Of a stretch of DNA of 21,380 nucleotides, positions 1-7,710 are shown in pieces. The notes beneath the pieces are model-generated. The model saw only the letters and a program-made list of their open reading frames with translations. It had not been told where the DNA came from and searched no databases. A program made the position numbers and the translations under genes. Origin of the DNA: a bacterium (GTDB lineage Bacteria > Bdellovibrionota_C > UBA2361 > CALJRW01); NCBI GenBank assembly GCA_031385045.1, contig JANNBC010000041.1, positions 1-21,380 of the forward strand. The letters run 5' to 3'. Position 1 is the stretch's first letter, and each line of letters opens with the position of its first letter.

Positions 1-9
1 ATTTTAAAA

Positions 10-74
10 CTGGAGTAGTGACCTATCTAATGGTCGTGTCGTTTACACAGGTTTTTCTCGGTCTACTACTCCAG
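10..74. repeat. Long-range inverted repeat / structured element
   Basis: CTGGAGTAGTGACC (10-23) pairs with GGTCTACTACTCCAG (60-74): 14 bp with one bulged base. On the minus strand it is followed by TTTT. Confidence 0.6.
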
Positions 75-232
75 GGACTTGTTTATCTAAATTTATAGAT
101 AAATAGAACTTTTTCAACATACAAGGTTTTACCGAACTGCTAGGAAAAATACATCCCCCGTTAGCTAAAGCTCAGGAGAACAAGGATCGCATTTTTAGTT
201 CATTGTGGTTTTAGTATATTTGTATTCCCCAG

Positions 233-261
233 TACTCAGCCTTATAAAATAAGGCTGAGTA
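233..261. terminator. Perfect 13-bp hairpin downstream of the collagen-like gene; possible terminator or 3' stabilising stem
   Basis: TACTCAGCCTTAT-AAA-ATAAGGCTGAGTA, about 25 nt past the stop at 286. There is no U-tract, so it is not a canonical intrinsic terminator. Confidence 0.45.
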
Positions 262-285
262 TAGTAGCTTAATCATTTAGAAATC

Positions 286-1167
286 CTATTGGATTCGTTC
301 AATAATTAAAGTTGCTGAATTGGATCTAGTTCCACCAGCCAAAGGAGTAATTGTCAGTGCAGTAGGATTTCCAGTTGGGTTAACAATAGAAAGTACATCT
401 CCTGCCAAAAGTGTCACTAGCGACTCCCCATTAATCTGTGAAGTTCCAGTAGCTCGACCCACAACAGTGTAACCAAGCTCAACTCCATTCTGCGAAATTG
501 CTAACTGACCAGCTTCAGTTACAGAGACTGAGAAGGCAACCCGATAGGTACCTGTCTCAGTTACTACGAAACTAGATGGATTAACTCGAAAGATACTACC
601 TGAGCTTGGCCCATCCTGTGGAAATTCTACAGCTGAGCCTACGGCAACAGTTGCAGCGTTATCTGGTGGCATAACTGCAAAAAATTGAACAAATCCTAGA
701 GGGCCAGACAATCCTGTTGGACCAGTTGCTCCGGTAGTCCCAGTCAATCCAATACTTCCAGTTGATCCCTGAATGCCTGTGGCTCCTGTATTTCCTGTAA
801 CTCCATTTGCACCAGTCGCTCCAGTTGCGCCATCAACACCAGTATTTCCTTGTGCACCGGTTGCACCGTCAGCACCTGGAATTCCCGGAGCACCGATAGC
901 GCCCGTGGTACCTGGAAGACCCTGTGCCCCTGTAGCTCCTGTTACGCCAGTTGCTCCAACAGAACCAGCATTAAAAGCATTTGATTTAACTTTCTTAAAT
1001 CCCAAAGGACATTTTGTCGCCGAAAAAAGTTGTACTACATTATTATTATCTCTGCGGTAACACAAAACATCAGCTGAAGCCTGAGCATTGCTGGTTGCAA
1101 GAATTAAAAACTGCAAGAGACAATATACCGCCAAAGTACTTGATGTGAACTTTCCAAATTTTTTCAT
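286..1167 (-). CDS. Secreted collagen-like protein with BclA-type C-terminal (C1q/TNF-like) domain
   Basis: Signal peptide from MKKFGK (ATG 1167 preferred over 1200) to AQASA; short 2-Cys N-domain; 30 uninterrupted Gly-X-Y triplets; C-terminal domain ([48 protein letters not shown]) resembles BclA-like C-termini. Confidence 0.85.
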   Translation of the reverse strand: MKKFGKFTSSTLAVYCLLQFLILATSNAQASADVLCYRRDNNNVVQLFSATKCPLGFKKVKSNAFNAGSVGATGVTGATGAQGLPGTTGAIGAPGIPGADGATGAQGNTGVDGATGATGANGVTGNTGATGIQGSTGSIGLTGTTGATGPTGLSGPLGFVQFFAVMPPDNAATVAVGSAVEFPQDGPSSGSIFRVNPSSFVVTETGTYRVAFSVSVTEAGQLAISQNGVELGYTVVGRATGTSQINGESLVTLLAGDVLSIVNPTGNPTALTITPLAGGTRSNSATLIIERIQ

Positions 1168-1363
1168 TATGAGATTCCTTACTAAATTAAACCAGCGCAT
1201 AGTAGTTAAGATGCTTTTCTAACTTTTAGCAATAAAAAAAGTTTTTACCCTAGAATTAGGTTATATTTATTATGTTTAAAAGATAGCTTTTTATTAGAAT
1301 GATAGAATACACTTAGGTCTATGAAAATTAATTAATAATTTAGGCTCTAAAAATAGCCTAGCT

Positions 1364-1729
1364 TTAGTTGGAAAGCATTTTCTGAGTAGGAGCATCCTCT
1401 GTTCCATCCGCGCGACAAATTTGATCAATACATGTTACACGCGGCTCAGCAAAATCTTTTAGAACCAATGAACAATCTTCTGTTGTTTTATTAAGATAGC
1501 TTGTGTACTCAGCAACACTTTCCGTAGCTACTGGCAGCCATTTTTGACAACTGCTTTGCACCAAAGTGCAATCAACATCATCCACACATTTTTGCCAGTT
1601 AGGGTTCATTTCAATGATTACTTCATTCACTTTATTGTCTGCTACTTTAGAATCAAGGGAAACTTCAGTCTGGGCAAAGAGTGAAGTGTTTAGTGCTAAT
1701 AATAAGAAAATACTTAAGGCGAGTTTCAT
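1364..1729 (-). CDS. Small secreted protein with 6 Cys, function unknown
   Basis: Signal peptide MKLALSIFLLLALNTSLFA; pattern C-x5-C-x6-C...C...C-x4-C. Confidence 0.8.
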   Translation of the reverse strand: MKLALSIFLLLALNTSLFAQTEVSLDSKVADNKVNEVIIEMNPNWQKCVDDVDCTLVQSSCQKWLPVATESVAEYTSYLNKTTEDCSLVLKDFAEPRVTCIDQICRADGTEDAPTQKMLSN

Positions 1730-1852
1730 TTTAAATACCCAAAATTAAATGTCATTGATTTTGGGTATTTTCTAGAAAAATAAATTGAGGCAATCCCTAG
1801 GAATCCCTACCCAAAATCCACTTTGAGATTAGCTTTAATGCCTAGTCTTGTT

Positions 1853-1868
1853 CATGATCTAGATCATA
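1853..1868 (-). promoter_or_regulatory. CRP/FNR-family-like binding site (class II position)
   Basis: Minus strand TATGA-TCTAGA-TCATG versus CRP consensus TGTGA-TCTAGA-TCACA. Centre is 29.5 bp from the first base of -10-like TAATCT (1831-1826). Confidence 0.6.
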
Positions 1869-2192
1869 TGATTTTCTCGATCAGAACCTTCAGTAATCAA
1901 CTATTTAAGAATCGAGATATCAATAACATAGAAAATTACCGATATTCTCTGTTTCTTTAGTATATCAAGCGCAAAGCACTTGAAGCGTCCCTCGGGAATC
2001 ACTACTGTTTGCTAAAAAGGTTTAACATCTTCTTTTTAGACTGATAGAATGTATCGCAACCCTCTCCCCTAGCAGAGGGAAATACAAAATAGACCTCTAC
2101 CGATATCTTTGCAGGTAACTCTTTGGCAAACTTGCCAGTACGATTTGAGCACAGTAAGATTATGCAGAGAACTTACTGGTGCTAATAAAATT

Positions 2193-3092
2193 ATGGAATT
2201 CAAAGACTATTATAAAATTTTAGAGATACAAAAAAGCGCTTCAGAGAAAGACATTACCAAAGCCTATCGCAAAATGGCTAGAAAATACCATCCAGATTTA
2301 AATCCTAATAATCCTAATGCTAAAAAACAATTTCAGGAAGTTGGTGAAGCCAATGAGGTTTTAAGTGACCCAGCTAAACGTAAAAAATATGATCAATATG
2401 GTCAGGACTGGAAACATGCAGAGCAATTTGAGAAAGCTCATGCCCATGAGTCTAAATCCCGCAGTTCGAATTCTGCTGGCACAAGTTATTCAGAAAATGA
2501 TTTTTCTGACTTTTTTGAATCACTGTTTGGAAATGCCTCCGGCGGGAGGAATACAAATCAAGTTAAATTCCGTGGACAGGATCTTAGCGCCCAGATGGCA
2601 CTGGATTTAAAAGATGTCTACCAAAACAACCAACAAACTTTAAATATTAACAATAAAAAAATTAGAATTACCATACCCGCTGGAGTAGAAGATGGGCAAA
2701 CATTAAAAATTGCTGGGCATGGTAGCCCGGGAGTCAATGGTGGCCCAAATGGTGATTTGTTAGTTACTTTTTCTATAACTAATAATACCAAATTTAAACG
2801 TGTCGGAAGTAACCTATACTGCGAGGCAGAGCTTGATTTATACACGGCAGTGCTTGGAGGGGAAATTACATTGGATACTTTTAATTCTAAAGTTAAACTA
2901 GTCGTTCCAGCTGGAGTGCAAAATGGTACGCAAGTAAAGTTAAAGGGCAAAGGCTTTCCGCAATTTAAAAAGGAACAGGAATTGGGAGATCTCTTTGTTA
3001 CCTATCGAATCAAGATTCCGGCAACACTAAGCCCTAAAGAAAAAGATTTATTTCAAGAATTAGCAATATTGAGGCAAAATGAAAACCGATAA
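2193..3092 (+). CDS. cbpA: DnaJ-class chaperone, CbpA type (J domain plus DnaJ C-terminal domain, no Zn finger)
   Basis: Start reassigned to ATG 2193 (MEFKDYYKIL); HPD motif in ARKYHPDLNP; FSDFFESLFG; IPAG..G and GDL motifs; no CxxCxGxG repeats; followed by cbpM. Confidence 0.92.
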   Translation: MEFKDYYKILEIQKSASEKDITKAYRKMARKYHPDLNPNNPNAKKQFQEVGEANEVLSDPAKRKKYDQYGQDWKHAEQFEKAHAHESKSRSSNSAGTSYSENDFSDFFESLFGNASGGRNTNQVKFRGQDLSAQMALDLKDVYQNNQQTLNINNKKIRITIPAGVEDGQTLKIAGHGSPGVNGGPNGDLLVTFSITNNTKFKRVGSNLYCEAELDLYTAVLGGEITLDTFNSKVKLVVPAGVQNGTQVKLKGKGFPQFKKEQELGDLFVTYRIKIPATLSPKEKDLFQELAILRQNENR

Positions 3093-3375
3093 TTTAATCT
3101 CACTTGAGCAACTCTGTTCTAATCATAAAATTGAAATATCCTTTATCTATTCCTTAAATGAGTGTGGATTAATTCAAGTGATCGCAATCGATCAAGAAGA
3201 ATACGTAGACCAACAGATAGTAAGTGAAATTGAAAAAATGATTCGGATGCATTATGAACTTAATATTAACATCGAGGGAATTGATACAATTTTCAATTTA
3301 CTGAAAAAAATTGAACAACAACAGGAAGAAATTAATTATCTAACCACCCGATTAAAACTTTATGAAGAGCAGTAG
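3079..3375 (+). CDS. cbpM: Chaperone modulator CbpM (MerR-like HTH)
   Basis: 98 aa, overlaps cbpA by 14 nt; motifs SLNECGLI and RMHYELNINIEGIDTIFNLL; C-terminal coiled coil. Confidence 0.88.
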   Translation: MKTDNLISLEQLCSNHKIEISFIYSLNECGLIQVIAIDQEEYVDQQIVSEIEKMIRMHYELNINIEGIDTIFNLLKKIEQQQEEINYLTTRLKLYEEQ

Positions 3376-3645
3376 GTTAATATTGTCTTCCCATCGCTTG
3401 CGGTCAAGACAGGCTGCTCTTCAGGAATTAGAATTCTTAACCCGAACATCACCTCTAGCCTGATGATATTCTTGATATTTCAGATAATAATTATACAAAC
3501 ATATCAGTAACTGTCACCGACGAAGTTAATAAAAAGCACAGCATAAAATTAACTGCTAATACCGGACCTCAACCCCCTCGCTTGGACTTAAAGTCATAAT
3601 ACTGAAAATTTGCTTAACAAGCGATTTTCTGACAATCTTTTCGGA

Positions 3646-6123
3646 ATGACACAAGAGCCCCTGCAACAAATATTCCAGCCAGAATTGGCAAAGAATCAAG
3701 TCTTAAAGCAATTTGCCGGAGCTGGTGCCGAGTTAGCCCAGACTTGTGACTCACTTATTTTAGCTGCCTTTAACCAATCTTTCCCAAAATCAATTCAAGA
3801 ACAATTAGGTCTAGTAGTAGTTGCTGGGGGTAGCTATGGACGTAAGCAACAAATCAAACATATCTCTGATGCCGAAATTCAAATCATCTGGACAAAAGCA
3901 GATCCAGACCTGCAAGGACAAGCCGTCATTGATACCTATGAAACGGCACTCGCCCAATTTCATATCAAAGCCAAGGACGCCCTTCTTCCGATTGGCATCG
4001 AATGTGAATTAAGATTTGTGACAAGTCATTTTACTGACCTACAAAGGGATCTAGAAAACTATCAACTAAGCACTAGCCGCGAATATCAAAGTAAGCAAAA
4101 GGAAAAACTAAATAATTTTTTAATTAATCTGACAAACCTTTTATTTGGCAGAGCCCTAAATGATCCTTTAAATACTGTTCCCCAAAAAATTATTAAAGAT
4201 TTAGTTCAAGATGAAACTCGTTTAAATCATATATCTGAAGCAATAATAAGAGGCATCAGCATGCATTTTGGTCCCTATGGAACACTGGCCACAGCTGATT
4301 TACAAATAAAAAACCAATTACAAAGAACTGCTCATCTAGCGGTAAGTTTAATTGAGTGTCTAAAAATAGCAGCTGTCCCTGTTCCAGTGGAATTGGAAAA
4401 ACTAGAGCAAACTTTTAGAAAGCATCAACTAGAATTTACCTTCTTTCGCCATATTCATCAGCAAGCAGATCGCCCAAGGCTTACCCATACTCATTATACA
4501 CCAGAAAACTTTTTATTTAGTGATCGCCTTGATTTACAAAGAAACTTTGAAAACAAATATCCTCAAGCTAAAAATTTAGATGTCCTCACCTGGCTCTACT
4601 CAGAAGTAGAAATTCTTGATTATAACTTAAAACGCCTAGTATCTTGGGCTAGCGAAGGAGTACCACTTACTCCTTCGCCACTAAAAAAAAGCCTAGCGAA
4701 AGATCCCTTTGAAAACTTAGGAAATGTTGCTACCTCACTTAGAGAGTATTTAGCCAATGACCCAGACTACCTGCCTGCCCTGCAAAGACTTCGTGGTCTA
4801 GTTGATCCAAATAGCTATCAAACCTTTACACACTATGAACATGCGCTTCGTTCCACTGGGGCAATTGATCAACTGTACAGAGGCGAAAAGCGAGATGAGC
4901 GCTTTACAAAACTTCTACTGAGCCTAAGCCCAAAAAATATTAAAGTACTTTATATCGCAACTGCGCTCCATGACTGTGCCAAGTATGAGGAAATTAAACT
5001 TGGGATTCAAGATTCATATTGGCATGCCGAACGTGGAGCAATGATCGCCCTAGAAGAATTAAATAATTTAGGCTTAACAATTGAGGATGCTGGTGTCATT
5101 GCTCGCCTAATTGCCAATCACCTATGGCTCAAGGATGTATCAAAGTATTCATTACATACAATCCACCAAGCGATATCAACTCTTCCACTAGAAATTAGAA
5201 ATGAAACTTTTCTAACTCAACTATCACTCTTAACTTACGCCGATGGACTAAGTACCAATCCAAAAAGCTGGGATATCTTTCGCTCTAATCATTTATATGA
5301 TGCCACCCTCTCGGCATTTCGACAAATTAAAGGCGAACCAACAATTTTACCACTGTCTGATTTTACAGAGCACCTCTTTGATTACTATGAAGTCTATTTA
5401 TTTGGACAAAATCAACAACAAATTTCTGAATTATTAAAGTTATTACCAGATAGTTTTAGATCACTCCCAATTCTTAGTGTCTGTAATTTCATCAATATTT
5501 TCAATCGATTTGATAATTCTCCTGAAATCCATTTTGCAATTCATAATTTACCAAGCGATTTGGAAGAGCAATCCTTTAAAGCAGACTTACTTTTAGTAGC
5601 CAACGATCGCAACTATCTAGCTAGTAATATTGTTGCTGAAATAACAACGCGAGGATTTAATATTCAGTCGGCAGATTTCTACACTAGTAGTACTGGTGTT
5701 GTATTTAACAGGCTTACCTTACATCATCATTCTGATCGTCAAGATGACTTGCCTCGACTGAGAGAAGCATTAAAAACCATGCTACAAAATGGCGAACTGC
5801 AAATTCCTAAAATTGATCCTAACTTTCAATTAGATCCAAACTCCACTGAAGTTTCACTAGTTAACCCTCAGTTTCCACCAAGCGACCGCACCTTTATGAT
5901 TAAAATTAAGACCGAGGATCGTAAAGGTCTACTACTGCGCATCTTGCAAGGCTTTAACTCCAACCAATTGGCACTTAGATCTTGCTGTATTAATTCTGAA
6001 GGGAACAAAGTCGAAAATTTCTTTGAATTAAGTTTTAATAGCCGGGCAAACGCCTCCGAACTTTCCAGTGCACATCTAGAATTATTAAAAACAGCCCTTG
6101 AGAAAGAGCTACTAGGTAGCTAG
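3646..6123 (+). CDS. Divergent GlnD-like protein (NTase-like + HD + 2 ACT domains)
   Basis: GGSYGR..SDAE nucleotidyltransferase-like motif; HD domain (EH..ALHDCAK..H..GA..NHL..LLTYAD); two ACT-like repeats (DRNYLASNI..GFNIQSADFYT and EDRKGLLLRI..EGNKVENFF). ATG 3646 preferred; TTG 3610 is possible. Confidence 0.75.
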   Translation: MTQEPLQQIFQPELAKNQVLKQFAGAGAELAQTCDSLILAAFNQSFPKSIQEQLGLVVVAGGSYGRKQQIKHISDAEIQIIWTKADPDLQGQAVIDTYETALAQFHIKAKDALLPIGIECELRFVTSHFTDLQRDLENYQLSTSREYQSKQKEKLNNFLINLTNLLFGRALNDPLNTVPQKIIKDLVQDETRLNHISEAIIRGISMHFGPYGTLATADLQIKNQLQRTAHLAVSLIECLKIAAVPVPVELEKLEQTFRKHQLEFTFFRHIHQQADRPRLTHTHYTPENFLFSDRLDLQRNFENKYPQAKNLDVLTWLYSEVEILDYNLKRLVSWASEGVPLTPSPLKKSLAKDPFENLGNVATSLREYLANDPDYLPALQRLRGLVDPNSYQTFTHYEHALRSTGAIDQLYRGEKRDERFTKLLLSLSPKNIKVLYIATALHDCAKYEEIKLGIQDSYWHAERGAMIALEELNNLGLTIEDAGVIARLIANHLWLKDVSKYSLHTIHQAISTLPLEIRNETFLTQLSLLTYADGLSTNPKSWDIFRSNHLYDATLSAFRQIKGEPTILPLSDFTEHLFDYYEVYLFGQNQQQISELLKLLPDSFRSLPILSVCNFINIFNRFDNSPEIHFAIHNLPSDLEEQSFKADLLLVANDRNYLASNIVAEITTRGFNIQSADFYTSSTGVVFNRLTLHHHSDRQDDLPRLREALKTMLQNGELQIPKIDPNFQLDPNSTEVSLVNPQFPPSDRTFMIKIKTEDRKGLLLRILQGFNSNQLALRSCCINSEGNKVENFFELSFNSRANASELSSAHLELLKTALEKELLGS

Positions 6124-6225
6124 TGTGGGCACTAGTTGAAAAGCTTAAAATCGTTTACTATTCCTTCTCATCTTCAGCCTATTTATTAATCAGCCAGATT
6201 CAAGCTTATTTACAGACTAAAAAAC

Positions 6226-7710
6226 ATGTTCAACTCGCAGCAAAAGTTTTTTAAACTTAGAAGAGTTGCTTCTAGATCCACAAAAAAAATAACAGTAAAA
6301 CAACTTCATATTTACATATTAATAATCTTACTTAACTTATTCAGTTCAGCAACCTTTGCAGAAACTAACTCACTACAGACAACCCGCTTCGGTACAATTA
6401 TCCTTAAGTCAGCACCAAGTTCTGAAGAAAATTATGCCCTATTATTTTCTGACGAAGACGGAATTAACCAAGAAGAAGAAACCTTAGCAGCTTCCTTTAC
6501 AAGTTCAGGAACCTCGATCGCTATAATTGACTCCCCAGCGTACTTAGCAAGTTTAGCAAAAGAAGAATCTAGCTGTCTGCCAATTGCTGCAGACATTGTT
6601 AGATTAAGCCAAATGGTACAGAAGGAAGCGGGAGTTGCCGCCTATCAGAAACCTGTAATAACCGGACTAGGTCTTGGAGCAACGCTTGCATACTTAATAG
6701 CTGCGCAGATTAGCAAAGAATTCACAGCACTTGTTTCATTTAATTTCTGTCCAGCAATGACTATACCTCGGGAACTCTGCCTAGATGACACACTGCCCTT
6801 CACTTTAAAAATGGAAGAAAGCAAAATTCAATTATTTAAAAAAAATGATTTAAATCTACCTTGGCTTTTCTTTAAAGATCCTAATACTTTAAAATGTGCC
6901 GCCACAAAGCCGGAAATTTTTCTGGACAATTCCAGCATAATTAAAAAATATTCTACTAATTCATTTCCGCTGCCAGGCCAGACTTTAGACTCCCCAGAAA
7001 TTTCCGCCGCACTCTCAAAATTTTTAACTGTGAGCAAAATTGCTCCGCTGCCAGCGTCTTCAGAGATCTCCGACTCCCTAATAGAACTTCCATCCGAATC
7101 AGACCAACATGATTATTTTGTCTTACTCTTATCAGGAGATGGTGGATGGGCCAGTATTGACCGAGAGATTGCCGAATATCTTGTCGGTACTGGAGTTAAT
7201 GTCCTAGGCTTTGATTCGTTAAAGTATTTCTGGCATAAAAAAACTTCTGAACAAGCAGGCGCAGATCTGGACTGGACAATTCAACATTATGTAAAAAAGT
7301 GGCAGAAGAAAAAAGTTTTCTTAGTTGGTTTTTCACTAGGTGCTGACGTATTACCACTAATCTATAATAAACTGACAAATGAATCTAAAAAGTATATTTC
7401 CCAGATTGCACTCCTAAGTCCTGCTTTAAAAGTTTCTTTGGAAGTTCATATCACTGATTGGTTTATAAATTCAAACGATCAAGACTACCCACTTTTACCA
7501 GAACTTCAAAAAATTACTAAAACTCCAATTCTTTGCATCTATGGCTCAGAGGATCAGGATACAATCTGCCGGACAAAGATAGATAAAAATATTAAAACGC
7601 AACAAATGCCTGGAGATCATCATTTCGATGGAGATTATCAAGCAGTTGCAGAAATACTATTAAACTTCGCCAGCAATCATACCAGTCAACCAAAGGACAA
7701 CCTCGAGTGA
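6226..7710 (+). CDS. acvB: AcvB/VirJ family aminoacyl(lysyl)-phosphatidylglycerol hydrolase
   Basis: Signal peptide; SGDGGWASIDREIA, GFDSLKYFW, GFSLGAD (catalytic Ser), PGDHHFDGDY; 4-nt overlap with mprF. Confidence 0.9.
   Translation: MFNSQQKFFKLRRVASRSTKKITVKQLHIYILIILLNLFSSATFAETNSLQTTRFGTIILKSAPSSEENYALLFSDEDGINQEEETLAASFTSSGTSIAIIDSPAYLASLAKEESSCLPIAADIVRLSQMVQKEAGVAAYQKPVITGLGLGATLAYLIAAQISKEFTALVSFNFCPAMTIPRELCLDDTLPFTLKMEESKIQLFKKNDLNLPWLFFKDPNTLKCAATKPEIFLDNSSIIKKYSTNSFPLPGQTLDSPEISAALSKFLTVSKIAPLPASSEISDSLIELPSESDQHDYFVLLLSGDGGWASIDREIAEYLVGTGVNVLGFDSLKYFWHKKTSEQAGADLDWTIQHYVKKWQKKKVFLVGFSLGADVLPLIYNKLTNESKKYISQIALLSPALKVSLEVHITDWFINSNDQDYPLLPELQKITKTPILCIYGSEDQDTICRTKIDKNIKTQQMPGDHHFDGDYQAVAEILLNFASNHTSQPKDNLE

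Noticed and set aside
82..103. IR with a 6-bp spacer as a dif/Xer site
   Set aside because: The arms do not match the XerD-type TTATGTTAAAT sequence.
773..1060. 95-aa PVAPV-repeat ORF on the + strand
   Set aside because: Antisense shadow of the collagen Gly-X-Y codons.
1298..1313. Fourth CRP-like box upstream of the collagen gene (AATGA-N6-ACACT)
   Set aside because: Poor half-site match and no -10 hexamer at class II distance.
2109..2192. 28-aa N-terminal extension of cbpA from a TTG start
   Set aside because: J-domain proteins begin at the M-x-x-x-DYY motif, so ATG 2193 fits.
1870..2192. CIRCE heat-shock operator upstream of cbpA
   Set aside because: No TTAGCACTC-N9-GAGTGCTAA found; only weak hairpins near 1965-1983 and 2060-2079.
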